Shown here piece after piece: positions 50,039 to 64,000 of a stretch of 64,000 nucleotides of DNA. The stretch is from Vairimorpha necatrix (taxonomy: Eukaryota): positions 248,001-312,000 of the forward strand of contig CP142734.1 in assembly GCA_036630325.1 (NCBI GenBank), given 5' to 3'. Within the stretch, counting starts at the first letter, position 1; every line of letters starts with the position of its first letter. The notes under the pieces were generated by a model. That model was not told where the DNA came from. It did no database searches and was given only the letters and a program-made list of their open reading frames with translations. The translations under genes were made by a program, and so were the position numbers.

Positions 50039-50199
50039 TTCTATATTAAATTTAGAATATTTTTTTTTCCCTTTCAAAATATTTTGGAAAAATTTATCAT
50101 ACAAATGAAAAATGAATAATTTCCAAAATGAAGAGTTTCATCTTCATTTTGTTGAACTATTACATTTTATATATTTTTATTTATTTTCTTGTCCTTATT

Positions 50200-50748
50200 A
50201 TGGATTTATCAAGTGACTTCAATGAAGAAGACTTCTTTATAGACGAAGAATATTTTGAAAATAATCATGATAATAATCATGATAATTTTGATTTTATTGA
50301 AGATTATATGAATAGTTATAGAGAATATATAAATAATTATTACAGTAATGATTATTATATTGATGATTATTACGGTAATGAATATTATGATCAAGATTAT
50401 ATTGATGTTAATTTTGAATCAGAACTGCCTTTTTATAATGAAATTGAAATTACAAACATTTCTAAGTTCCCAGAGAGTGACGAGATAGAAATAATTAATG
50501 AGATAAATCCAAATATAGAAATAGAGAATATTAGTATAGAAAATATAAGGAAATATAAAAGCACATTTTATAAAGACACAATAAAAACAGACACAAAAGA
50601 CACCACATGTCTGGTCTGCTATGGGCCTTTTACTTATAATTCTAAGATTATAAGTTTAAAATGCGCGCACTTTTTCCACTCCAAGTGCATCATCCCATGG
50701 ATTTCTAGACAGAGAACATGTCCAACATGCCGAAGAACAATAATTTAA
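50200..50748 (+). CDS. RING-H2 E3 ubiquitin ligase
   Basis: C-terminal CLVC...CAHFFHSKC...W...CPTCR and an acidic N-terminus. The start is probably ATG 50200 (MDLSS) rather than 50128. Confidence 0.9.
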   Translation: MDLSSDFNEEDFFIDEEYFENNHDNNHDNFDFIEDYMNSYREYINNYYSNDYYIDDYYGNEYYDQDYIDVNFESELPFYNEIEITNISKFPESDEIEIINEINPNIEIENISIENIRKYKSTFYKDTIKTDTKDTTCLVCYGPFTYNSKIISLKCAHFFHSKCIIPWISRQRTCPTCRRTII

Positions 50749-50796
50749 CAAATAAAATAAAAATGTAATACAAATTAAAACATTAATATATCTTTT

Positions 50797-51219
50797 CTAT
50801 TCTTGTGCTCGCTTAAGAAATAAATCATAATCTTCTCTCATCATTTTACTCGCCTTCTCATTCAAGGGGATCTCGCATTCTAAATCTATTAATATTGTGT
50901 ACAAATTAATAAACAGATTCTGAATCCCATAAGTACACCGCCAATTGAGCCTCAACATCTCCAGGCATGTATTCCCTTCCTCGTCAATAGACGGATGGAA
51001 GATCTTAGAAAGGCATGTAATCTTGGGGGAGACAAAAGGATACTCAAAAGGGAAAGAGATAGAAAAACTTATAGACTTGTCTTTATAGACACCACGAGAC
51101 ATATTAATAGTATAAATAATGTGTAGAGGAACATAAGAAACAGAGTATGAAGTATCGTCCAGGAGGACGAGAGAAGACAACTCATTCTTGACTCTGAACA
51201 AACAAAAAGATGGGGGCAT
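50797..51219 (-). CDS. Ubiquitin-conjugating E2-fold protein, most like NEDD8-conjugating UBC12
   Basis: YPFVSPKITCLSKIFHPSIDEEGNTCLEMLRLNW with the catalytic Cys, and a PLNEKAS motif. Confidence 0.85.
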   Translation of the reverse strand: MPPSFCLFRVKNELSSLVLLDDTSYSVSYVPLHIIYTINMSRGVYKDKSISFSISFPFEYPFVSPKITCLSKIFHPSIDEEGNTCLEMLRLNWRCTYGIQNLFINLYTILIDLECEIPLNEKASKMMREDYDLFLKRAQE

Positions 51220-54200
51220 GTAAACAAAAAAAACAGAAGCGAAATAAAAAGAAAAGAAACATATATGCGTCTATATGTATATAATAAACATAAATATTAT
51301 AATATATAATACATATCTAAATATAATATTTAGTCTTAATATTTAATTTTTTAAGAGGTTTATTCTGATGAATTAATATTTAAAATATATTTTTTATCAT
51401 TCTCGACACTTAACTTATGAAAAAGCTTGTTAATAATCTGCTGCTTCTCATGATCAGGCGTATCTAGCGGGAGATCGAAGGAAACTTCAGAATCTTGAGA
51501 GCACGATATGAGAAAAAAGAAGAAAAACATAATAGAGGGGAAAAAACAATATTATAAAAAGAAACATTCATATGGATATAATTGAACTTGCATCTATAAT
51601 CAACATATCTATATATTGATTATAGATAAATTACAACTGCAAAATCAATAATATTGGAAAAAGAGGTCTTTTTGTAGTATAAGGAAACGTGTCAAATATA
51701 TCAATCAGTTATCAATTAATCTAAAAAACTATAAATTTTAAGCCCCTAAAAATGGGCTAATGAAATATCAACCACTACAATAAAAAACATCTAAACGGAG
51801 ATGAATACACATAATTATTGTGTTATAATTAGTTATAAATTAATAAAACTACTAATGTATGTAGTAATACGTCTATTTATGGGTTGTGTATCTATTAATC
51901 TAAACAGTAATATATTTATGATTTTATCTAAAATTTTGACACATTTAATAGTCTTTATTTCTTATTGTAACACTCTGAGTATATGGGATTTTTTCCACCA
52001 TATAAAGCGACATATAATTAAAAAGCTAAATTATAGATTTTATGAACATATCTGATAACCTCAACAGAAAAAAAAAGTTTTACAATGAAAATATACACTA
52101 GGTCGACAAAAAGGGTATATAAAACTTAATATGCAAAATTTTAGAGCCACTAGTGTAAAGCCGGACATGAAATTAAATTTCAAGTTTCTTTATATTGTAT
52201 TTGTTTATAATTAATAAAAAAGTCTAGATTTAATATGTACTCAATTCCGTATAAACTTGAAGGGAATAATCTGGTGAAAATCTTAGAAATTTTAGAGTAA
52301 ATTACAATTGTTTTTTATAATATTAAATTTCATGTCTTCTCACATACTCTAGATGATTTATTAGTGCTTTACATGTAAAAAAATCATTTAGTTTTCAAAT
52401 GGATAATTTTGAGTCGTCTGGAACTTATCGCTTTAGCAAACATTTCCCTTCTTTTGTATCATTCAATACACATGAATATTTTTAATGTTTTCTTTACATT
52501 ATATTTAGGCAATTATTATTGTATTGTGACATCAAGTCTTATAATGTTTCAAGCTCTATCTACACAAATCGAAGAACTCATCAACGAAATCTGTATCATT
52601 CAACGTAGATTCTAAATTGGATAGTTATATACTATTAATCAACACTCAAAATTAAATTATAAATGTTAACACAATTATAGAGATTTTGTTCATTAATTTA
52701 TTATCGTAGTCATGAAATATTAATCAGGAAGTATCATTAATTGTTGACCTCTAAATAATGTATTTAAATACATTATAGATAATATCAATCACAGATCAAG
52801 TTGATGAAAAGCTATTATTGTTACAGAGTTTCAAGTACATGTTGAAAAATCTTAATTTATTTTCAAGAAAATTTTAAACTTTAATTATAGCAACAATTCA
52901 AATTTATTGTATTTTCTATCTAAAAGTGCTATTTTTTAGACATACTTGGCTTAATTAAAATTAAAGATTGCATTGTATATTTATTGCACATTCATTTTCA
53001 TAATAAAGTGGCGATGTTTGTATAATTGTATTCTACTGAGATACTTCATTCTGTCATGTTACAAATATGTCTTAATTGTTTACGCTGGTACATCTTAGAA
53101 GAAATAAAAAAACATTTTATAATTTCTGATGTATATATGAATATGTTTTTAAAATTACTTTAAAAATTTAGATACAATCCAGATCACATTATTGCAAAAT
53201 TGGGCCTTATTCAAGGTTTAGCAATCGTATCATAAGTAACTACAGCAAAACACACATTATATGCATTAAATACACTTGGTCAAAGGTGACGTTAGTTTTG
53301 TCCAATAAATGCATAGATAATCACCAATCATGGTTTTATATTGTAACTTTAAGATACAATCTAGATTTATTTCATTCCGTATCGCATCTTCTTATGCAAT
53401 CTTTATCTTATAGCTTTATATGAAGGATTGTAAAATACTACGTTTACAAACCTATATTTTAATACGATTTATTATTCTAGAATTATATAGAATTTGCAAG
53501 TAAAATATTCCTTTACGAGATGCCATGATATTACTTAATTCTCCTCTTTTTTTACAACAAATAAATGGTAATATAGTGTCTCATTATATGAATAATGATT
53601 CAATTCATTGCCCATAACTAAATAATAACATGTTAGAATAAGCGCCTCTCTTAAATTTATATTCCAGTCACATTTTTCAAAAAATTCAATCTTTTGTTCT
53701 TGTGTTTGATGCTCTATATGTCTGTGTATCTTGTAAACTTTTCATTTATTTGTATTATATTGAACTAAAAGTACCAATCATGATTGTTCATATCTAAAAT
53801 ATATGAACATATAAAATCCGTTATTATCTGTTATTCTCATTTTAAGGCAATCATAACCTTTATAGAAATCTGGGAAAAAATTTTTCATTGACTAAATAAA
53901 GGGCTATTTCTACATACATATTCATGTTTTATTTTTTCATTTAAATATTCAAAAAAAAAATTATTATTAGTTAAAAAATTGTCACGTTGATTTTACATTT
54001 GCGTACTGTTTTTTATAAGCTAAATGTGTCTTTGACAATCTTCATTCATAATTTTCAAAGGATGCTAAATACTGTATATATTATTTTACAAACGTGCATT
54101 TGTTAAGTTGATTGGATATTTGTTTATAGTATTTTTTTCTTTATTACATAACGTGTATTTACAAATTTCCATGCACGATTATATCCCCGAGTTCATATAC

Positions 54201-57200
54201 CTTTCAATTTTTTATTACATTCTATATTTTATCTCTTGATATTATAAATATTTAAGAATACTAAATTTTATGTAGCGCCTATTGATCAAACATGAGCCAA
54301 CTCCTTTACAAATACATTTCTGACAATATCTGCAGCTTACTTTAATATTCGAGAACAAATTTGGTCTATAATCGGCCGTTTTCCTTTCCTAAATTTCTTA
54401 TATCTAATTCAAGTTTAAATTTATGTTCGTAGTGCAATAAAAAGCATAAATGCCGAAGCTTCATATTGTAAACATTACGTAGTTTTATCTTTTCATATTA
54501 TTCGGGATTCCGTGTCTCTTTATTAGTTCAAAAATTTAACAGTTTCATTTGCTTCGCCATTCCATAATCTCTAGAATTTGGCATTGTAATGTCCTGACTC
54601 AAAGAATTTACATTATCCAAACTAGTTTTTGTCTCAACTTGAAGCATCTAAGCAGAAACTATTCAATAAAATTAGCTTTTACAAAAAGAAAGCTTTGAAC
54701 CCATTTTAAAAATAATTCTAAGTGTAATTAGGATCTATACAAATATTCTTCTATACATCTTACAAATAATGGACTAATATACAAAAGTAGATCATGTATA
54801 CTTTTATAATATAGATTGAATTTTTGCTTTATTTAGTTAAAATAAGAACTAATAATTTCAAAGCAAGATCTTTTTTGGTTTATTATTCTTATTTTATTTT
54901 TTTTTCTTTACGACAATTCTAAATTTTTATATATCACAAGGATTTTGTGCTAAATTTTCGATATATAATACAAAAATATCTTGGTTTTATGATGCTTATA
55001 TTAATCAATTTCATATATTTTATATATTGTTAAAATTTTAACATCTTCATGTAAAGTACTTCAAGGAATCATTTTTTTTATTATTTCATTTTTTTTTAAT
55101 GGGGTTGTTTTATTTGAACATGAGATGATAATGCAATGCTCAATGTCGAGTGTAAAGCAACCGTGCATTTCGGTCTATTAAAATATTGAAAGTACTAATA
55201 CAATAACAATGTGTTTTAGATAATAATGTACTGCTATTAAAGAAAAAATTTAATCTCTTTGAAAGTTTTTTGAAATTAAATATTAAAAACTTAAATTATT
55301 TCTTATCAAGCAGCTAATTAAGTCGTTTTAATAATATCTTATAGCTACATGGTTAATATGAATTTTCAGCCACTAATAAGAATCGAGTATATGTATTTTA
55401 AATCAATGTGTCATACCATGCGCTAGAATCAAAAATAAACATTGCGGCTAAATTCAGTTTATATGCTATTCTGAGTATAGTTTCTTATATGTTTTTAAAA
55501 TTAGCAGGTATACATTCAGCATGTACATTATTCTGCTTTACAAGAAGTAATATAAAATTTCATTCTCAAATATAATTTGATTTTTATTACTTATAAACAC
55601 CTTTTTAAAAATCTTAATTCTGTTTATGAAAAAGTTGTGATTTAATATTAATTTTGTAGTTATATGATCTTTTTAAGCATTTTGTAGATAAAAAACATCA
55701 TATCCTTATTTATTTATATAATGATGGAGCAAATAAATAAAAGTTAAGCATAGTGGCAAAATTTAGTCAAAGGAATATAGTATCAATACTACTTTACAAT
55801 TATTATATATGTATGTATGCTTCGGAATTTTTTAAGTACATATTGTCTAATGTATCTGATTTTTTTCCAACAACTAATCATATTTAGTTCCATTACGGTT
55901 TCTATTAAAAACTAATTAATCTAAATATGATATAAAGAAAATTATAAAAATGTCGACATTTCCAAAACCAACTATAGAAAATTTTAATATATATTAAAGC
56001 CTTTTGATGATTATTGCATGTTAATTTTTATAAAAGCGATAAAATAGCATACATATGAGTATACACATTTTTATTTCAAACATTATAAAAAAAATAAAAA
56101 GTAATCGCAAGCTAAAATCACTCATATAAAAATATTCCAATATAGATTTATAAAAAAACTAAACCAGAAAGAATTGATGTTTAAATAGATTGGAAACATG
56201 TTAAACGGGGGCAATTTTAATATTTATTTTTAAACATAGTTTCTTGCTTTGTTTATGTTCAATTGTTGTTTAGACTTAATATTGTTTATCATTTAAAATA
56301 ATTTGTTTTTAAAAATTATATAAGCCCATAAATAATCTTGATACAAATTTGAATATTTATTGTGCTTTATACGATTATTAAAGCCTTAGATATAGTCTTT
56401 TGGTATATTAATGATACAAAGAACATACAATACCTAACATCAAAATAAAAATCATGAATTTTGCTTTGAAAAATTACTAAACCTTGGTTTACTGGTTTTA
56501 TTGCTACAAACTATAAATAATAGTTTGCGCTATTGTTTCATCTCTTATTTTGTCTTATTTTCTAGTATTGAACTCTGAAAGAGAGCAGTTTTGATGTTAA
56601 TTTAATATTTAAAAATCATAAGTTTTTACTCGCAAAAATATAATTTTTTATTTTATAAATTTGTTATTGAAGAAAGTATACGCAATTATAACTTATTTAT
56701 TATGATCTATAAAAAGACGTAAACAATGATCTAAAAATATTATGTTTTTTTCATGTATATAACTTGCTTTAATGATTGAACAATATTGAGCATCTTTCAA
56801 AAAATTCTGAATAATCTGTTTTTGATCATTACAAATCTGATTGGCCTCTAAATACAACTTTAAAATTTGTTCGAATTTTTTTGACAACTTTAACATACTT
56901 TTTCCCAACGTAAAAAGGGTTGATTCAACTAATTACATATAAAATAACTGAGGAATTCATATGATCAAAACCTTTCTCTTATATGTTCTAATGTCTCGAG
57001 TTTTGGTATTTCTTTATATATAGAAAATAGTTTCATATTATAATTATCAATGTCTATTCTATAAATGTTTAATATTTTATTGTGATATAATACATTAAAT
57101 TTCAAATCAAATATTAAATAAAATTCAATAATTTTAAAAAAATCAAATATTAAATCACAAATACCGAGGGGTCCCTACTTTTTAGATTTTTTTTTAATTT

Positions 57201-59989
57201 TAGGTAATAGTTGCCTCAAAATTAAAAATTTGTCTTTTCTTAAAATAGTTAAAATTGTATTAGCACATTTCTTTAAATGTTCAGTGCTAACATGTTTTCT
57301 TTTTGTGAATATTTTTTATCTGGAAAATTTCTTTTCTCTTTTTTTCAATAAATTATTTAATTTTATTTCAAAATTCAGATATTGATTTTCTTAAATCCGA
57401 AAAATCATAAGAAATACCAGAATTTGATAGTTGTAGTTCAAAAGTCGTATTTATATTTACGTTCTGTGAGAAAACTGTTTCTATATTTGTTTCTGACGAC
57501 TGGCTTAAATACTGTATTTTTTGTCAATATCATCAGGCTGCTTACAGTGCGTACCTAAATCTAGTGCACACATTTCATCAAATAAATCATCTAGGCTATA
57601 ATATTACCATTTAAAAATCATTAATCATATTTTTGTCATAATACTAATTACTGAAAGATTCATTCTCTAGATATTTTATATATGCATCATCCGACAGAAT
57701 TTCATCGTGTGATCTATATTCCACAATACATTGAGAAGTGGACGTAGTTATTAAATTTTTGAATTAGTTTTCGAAAAGAAGATCTTTATAGTACTCTCGT
57801 TATTTAATTGAGCACAACACATAAAATCTAATATTAAAAACATTTATGGGTAAATAAAAAATATTTTCCAAAAAGATCTTGATTTTTTTTGAATAATATC
57901 TGTTGAAAAATTATACAAAAAGTTTAAGTCAAGCATAATTTGGATAATCATCAATTTAACTAACAAATATATGGATCTTATGTAGATAGCAACAAATAAA
58001 TATTATGCTGAATAAAAATTCGGGCTATGTGTGACTAAAATGCAAGGATTACTTTTTAATTTTATGTTTATTTTCTTTTTTGTTTTTTCTGCTTAAATGT
58101 AATAAATTGATTTATAACTGAAAAATTATAACCTCAGTATTTTTCTAAAAAAGACAAAGAAATATTTACAAAGAAATCTATATTTTTTTACTAAATCGCT
58201 TTACACTATAGAAAAAACTGCAGACATGAATCATATAACAGCTTTAACAAAATTTTAAGCAAATTTAATTACAAATACAATGGCTATCATCTTTTGCCTC
58301 GGTAAATATTATGACGAGTGATACGAAAGATATGATTTTTTTTTAAAATATAAAAAAAACTTTCACTTATGATTTTCATTCTTTAGTACATTTTTTAGAA
58401 TTTTTTTGATTTTTGTGTTTCGCTAGAATAATCTTCTAATTCTTCTTTCCCTTTCATGAAATTCAGCGTAGTCTTTAAAGTTTTGTCTGCGAGTCTTTGA
58501 TCAGATTTACGCTAACTTCATTCAAAAATGAGTTTACTTTTACCTCACAAGGGCTTAAAGACTATATTAATATAAAAAGTATGTAAGAAATATTTTTTAT
58601 TGTACTTTTATGAGTTGATTTAAGTTTATCTTTAAATCGTTCTACTTACACAATTTTTCAACAATATCTATACTTAAAATTTTTCATAGACAGAAACAAA
58701 GATTTAGTATAATTATTTATATGTTGTTATTTTTTTAATTCTGTACATATTATCTCGGGTTTATGTCTTTCTTATTAATACATCTACTGTTATTTCTACG
58801 AATTTTTTTCCAACTTTTCTTATAACCCGGGGCTCAAGAGATAATACCAAACTTTAAAAGTTTTGTTTTTTACATAAAAGCATACGTTGACTTTTTATAA
58901 CTACACGATTCAAATGTCCATATGACATAACATTTTTTGAATAGTGTCTGCATGTAGCGACAGTTTTTGCGGAATAAAGTGGTGATTTTTAAAATTTAAT
59001 ACATTTGTATGTTTAATATTATGATTTGACAAAACAATGGCCCTTTAACACAAAATTTTATTTATGTCTTTATTTATTTGTAAAAAATAAGAAAGGACCG
59101 ATAAATAATAAGAGATATGTGTCAACAAAATGTCAATAAGCTTTATACTAAGAGTTGAACTTATTTTTTCAAAAAAACAACAAGGATATCCAAAAATTAT
59201 AATACTTTTGTCTTATGTATCATGTGAATGTAAAATTACTCTGTATTCTTAACATATGAGGCAAACTTATATAATTGTTTTTTATTTTTATAGGTAATAT
59301 AAGTTTTGCTTTATTATTAGCAATATGCTCATAATATTTATTTTTAATACTTTTCATGAATATCTCCCTTATCATCCGCAGTATAAAAAAACCATAGAAT
59401 TAAATTTAAGCTAACACATATACTAAATCAAGCATAAAAACCAGTAAAATTATTGTTTTACTTAACTATAAAAGCAATATTTTTTTTAATTAGTAGTTCA
59501 GATTTTTTATTTTTTAAAATAAGTTTGACGTCAATGTTAATTTTATTAATATTTATCAAATTTTCTTGTGATAGTATATTATGTAAACCAAATAAACGAT
59601 TAAATCATATATCAATGTGCTAAAATCTACGTTCTAAGTTTTTGTCCTTCAAGATGTTACTTCATTGCTCGCTAAATCTAGGTTCTACTTCTTATAGTAT
59701 AAAGCTCACTTAAAATATAAATAACTTCAATTACGCCAAGAAATATTTGCGTCTTTTTGAAATTGTATGTTATCAGCAAATAAACATATGTTATCTTATT
59801 CCAAAATCCAAGCATTACGAACAAAACTTTTGTTTTATGATATAGTCGGAACTATATTTTTAGCTCTGATTGACGTATATTCATTTTATGTTTCCGTATT
59901 ACAACATTGAATATAAAATTTGTATATCTATAAATAAAATGATTTATTGAGTTAATTAATCATTGCTCATAAATAATTATAGCATAGCT

Positions 59990-60960
59990 TTCCCGGTATC
60001 GCTCGTGAAACCCCTCTAGAAACTATAGTATCTTTGAAATTATTTTCGTTTTAAACTCTAAACATCAGCTTCATTCCTCTTTGCCAACACCACATTTTTA
60101 ACAGTCGCCATATTTGCTAGTGTGCCTACAGCTCTAGCTAATTCTTCCTTTCTGCATTCTCTTTTGTATACTTGTCGTCGTAACAAAGAGATGGATTCAA
60201 AGTCTTCTATAGCACAAAATACTGGATGTATGTTCAAGATAGGATGGAATTTAGAGCTCTTAGATGTACTTTTAATGATATTTTGGTCACCATACCTCAC
60301 ATGTCATTACATATGGACTATTCTTGTTCGGGATTTGTGTATTAGTCCCATATATACGCAAAAAGGCCATATTATCTTAGTTTTTCATTCTTGACTATAG
60401 TCAGACGAACCTTGTTGGTTATACCAACTTCAATTATTAAATTTCTTTCCTTTTTGTAAAACATAAGAATATCAGACTTATTATGGTTAACTTTATATTA
60501 TTGTATATTCTCGTATCTATTCTATTTCCGCAAGATCATTTGCATGATCTCTTATACTTAATGTCCACGTATTTTCTTTTACTTATTAAATCCATATTTA
60601 ATACATAGTAAGAAATGAATGATCTAACTACCTCGTTGTGTCTTTTAATATAATCAAAATCGAATATACGAACACACATAGTAACTAAATGATCTACGGT
60701 TTTCTTATGAGAGCCACAATGAGGATAATGTTCCTCTTGTTTACAGAACATATTTCTATCTTCTAGGAAGCCGTAAATTGCTTCAGATCTAGTCTGATTG
60801 TTTATTTTAACAAGCCAGCAGAAGAGTCCTTGATGCTTACTAAATCATTTCCCTAGCTTCAGACAATTTTGTATGGTTGCCTTATTTTATTTATATTGTA
60901 AAGCGCTTCTTTCAGTGATTTATTAGCATCTTTTGTGTTATCTTATAACAATCCATAATC
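59990..60960 (-). mobile_element. Degenerate non-LTR retrotransposon 3' part (restriction-like endonuclease clade, R2/R4-like)
   Basis: CCHC-type remnant HCGSHKKTVDHLVTMC..YIKRHNEVVR, followed by endonuclease-like fragments. Many stops. Confidence 0.75.
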
Positions 60961-62129
60961 TTTTATTAAAAATATTTTCACCAATATTAAAGAATAAAAA
61001 ACTACTCAACCTATTAAAATGATTTTTTTTATAAATATTTAATAAAATTTTTTATTTGTTAATTTATTGAGTAAATTTTATAAAATAAACGTCCCAATAT
61101 ACAATATAAATACTCATATAGGTATATTTATATTCGAATGAGGATAATCTAATTTTAAGTGTAACATCTATATGCTTTAATTGTATAATTTTAAAATTTA
61201 TAAATTTAAAATAATACACCGTGTACAATAATTTTTTTGTCTTCAAAAAACTATTTTATATATGCACATGATTTTTGAAAAGTAAATTTTTGGATATAGA
61301 GATAAGAAAAATAAAAAATTTTATTTATAAATGCCGACAAACTCGCACACAGCAAAAAAATATCAACTCTTTTCGTTTTTTCAACCAGTTAGATTTATAC
61401 AACATAATCCTCAAAAAGTTTTTATATTTACGTTGTTATTAATAAAAATACACGATTATAATCATTCGTCTCCAAGTCAGGGCTCTCTCTTAAGGAAATC
61501 TTTAACAAAAAAAAAATTTTATTTTCAAAATATTAAAAAAATTCGCAAAATTGATTTATTTTCCAAAATTATTCATCGTTTAAATTGTTAAACTATACAC
61601 ATTTCACTGCTTTTGTACTTTTTTATTTATTTTAAGGGAACTAACATTTTTAAAAATTTTATTCATAAATTTTCTTAATGGATTACAACGTGATGTTTTT
61701 TATTGGAAAAAAAAGACTGGTTAAATCTATAGTTTAGGCTATCTTAATTCAAGTTTTTTTAAATTATTCAATACAGCATCTGGTCATTAAAGTACTTATA
61801 AAAATGTACTATTCAGGTTCTTTATTTATAGTCCTTAAGAAGGTAAATCAAAAGGTACAATTTTAATATATTCATTTTTTTATGTTTATAGTATGTATAA
61901 TTCCATACAATTGGCATTAACCACAGTCGTCAAAAGGAGTAATTAGTCAAATTTGTCATTTTTTTTGTCCCAAAGATGAAAAGTCGAGAGGAGGGGCCCA
62001 TGAACATTTATACAACAATAAAAAATAAGACTTAAAGTGTCTAAAATGCGACGCTGATTGTAACACAACAGCAAAAAATAATTTGTAGCTATACGTGTTG
62101 AAAAAACTTGTAGAATCAAAGTGTTATTA

Positions 62130-62830
62130 TTGAAATTTTTCCGTTCCATTCCAAAAAATCAGTATTTAAGATATTTTTTTAGCTATAAACTATGGTCTTG
62201 TAAAGATAAACAGGCCGCCATTAATGCATTGCTGCGTACTGGTCATAATTGTTTACAAATATAATTAAAAACCCAATTTTAAATGGGAAAACAAAGTTTA
62301 TAATTTAACTATTAAAATAGAAGGAACTGAAAAAATAGCCAAAATGGACGAAAGCAATTTTGGAAAAGTTAAACAACAAAAAGAGGACTTATAGTCGATG
62401 GTGTCTGGGGGGTTTGAGATGTTTGAAAGAACCACTTAAAGAAAATAATGATTTCAGTCGATAGTAAAAAAAACTTTTACTCTAGAAGAATTAATTAAAA
62501 ATTTTGTTTACTGTGAATTAATAATACATAGTGACTGCTTAAGTCTTACACCAAATTAAAAGACTTTTTTGTTAAGCATAAAACTGGTATTATTCACTTG
62601 AAGTTGTAAACATTTCAATAGCTGTCATACTGTCACTATTGAAGGAAAATGAAGTGGAGTAAAAAATAAAATTTCAAGAAAACACAGAAATCTCCTGATT
62701 ACTGCCTTATTAATGAGATTTATGGATACAAGAAACTTTAAGGCGATTTAATTACAAATATTTTTACTTATTTGCTCTTCTTTTTTGCCGTTTTGACTTG
62801 CCAAAAAGGGTGTTTTTTTAAAAAAAATAT
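62130..62830 (+). mobile_element. Merlin/ISXO2-like transposase remnant
   Basis: Fragments DESNFGK, VDGVWG, IIHSDC and TIEGK*SGVK. Boundaries approximate. Confidence 0.75.
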
Positions 62831-63089
62831 TTACAGGCTAAAAAGGCCCCAAATGTATCTTTTACAACATACAATACCAAATTTTGATCTGATTACTCCT
62901 CGATATTTTTGTTTTTGAAGGTTAGTATTATCCCTTTTAAGATCCTCATAATTTTTTTTCTAGTTCTTACACGCTGATGTTTTAGCACTAATTCATTTTC
63001 TTGCTTTCTCCCCCTTAGAAAAAATATTTTAACGCAAGAATTTATGATTTAATCTGATCTACAAAGTTCTATAATTTTAAAAAAAAGTA

Positions 63090-63700
63090 GATTAGGATCA
63101 TCATAATTTGAATGATTTATATTTCTTTTTGTTTTCTATGCAAATTCTTAAAGAAATAAATTAATTTTGTGTCTGCTAAGCTCAAGCTCGATCTGATCTT
63201 CTTCAAATGGAACCACAAATTCTCTATATTATTTGTGTGGTCTTCTTCTGGATTTATACACGAAAGCGAGTTATTTAGTATGTAGTGTTTGCTTTCGAAA
63301 TTTCTAGAGGCTAAGAACAAGGTAGATAGCCCTTAATAATTATAGAGCCTTGTTCTACTCTGCGTCTAAAAGATCCCAAGTGTTAGTAGATTGTCGATTA
63401 AGAAGCAATTTTTTACAAATTATCTCCAATTACTCTATAATGCCGCTTATAATCTAATGATATCCATACATATAATCTAAAGTGAAGAATGAATAGATTA
63501 ATGACCTCGTTGCATATGGCGGTTTTATCAAATTGTACTCAAACAGAAATTTCGTCAATTTCATATCTAGCATCAATTTTAGGAGCAAAGACTTCCATCA
63601 TTGTATCCTTGATTTTGAAATATGATTTTTCACATATTTTGCAAAGATCTATTGCTTGGTAAGTAGCATAATTAAATACTTCGCAATTGATTGCTTAAGA
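63090..63700 (-). mobile_element. Second Merlin/ISXO2-like transposase remnant
   Basis: INPEEDHTNNIENLWFHLKK, with an upstream EIDE fragment at ~63555. Confidence 0.65.
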
Positions 63701-64000
63701 ATTTGTAAAATATAACGCGTATTTATTGTCGCTTAAGAAATGTTTAAGAAGCTCTTTGAACTAAACATTTTATTTATACAACAAAAAACTTTATCGTCAA
63801 TGTAACCGAGACATTTAATGATGTTCAAAGAACAACCTGTTTTATTATCGAACAATGTCTGCAAGCAATCGATCGATTTAGAAGATCTTCAACTAAAAAA
63901 ATTAAACGCTGATTCATTATTTCTAAAGCATAAATTTCCACAGATAGTTCATTTTCAGATAGTCTTCTTAAGATTCAACATTAAAAGGTTAAAAAATTCC

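Noticed and set aside
51300-59900. Short ORFs (51801, 52409, 56693) as genes
   Set aside because: Short, low-complexity, without domains or convincing start context. The region looks like decayed repeat or intergenic DNA.

Overview
This is a very AT-rich, gene-sparse, apparently intron-less eukaryotic window, most consistent with a transposon-rich microsporidian genome. That call is an inference from CCC/GGG motifs next to start codons, compact genes and the Ty3/gypsy, Merlin and RLE non-LTR content. Cellular genes are few: two ABCG half-transporter paralogues (the second frameshifted by a 7-bp tandem expansion), three lineage-specific secreted-looking genes sharing a TTTTATACCC(A/C)ATG start context, and a compact island of tRNA-Ser(AGA), a homeobox factor, a RING-H2 ligase and a UBC12-like E2. 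Most of the rest is nested transposable elements. The most striking signal is a set of miniaturised Ty3/gypsy elements. One is 3.2 kb with 49-bp LTRs bounded by a TATTA TSD and has no visible protease. In up to four elements the gag start codon lies inside the 5' LTR or across the LTR/PBS junction, so the primer-binding site is itself translated, and two of these PBSs match the tRNA-Ser gene in this window. Also present are a long tRNA-headed SINE-like insert joined to a Buster-type hAT, a Ginger-like transposon carrying Pol III A/B boxes, a Merlin with an 8-bp TSD and a hairpin-rich solo LTR. No database searches were run, so family names come from recognised motifs.
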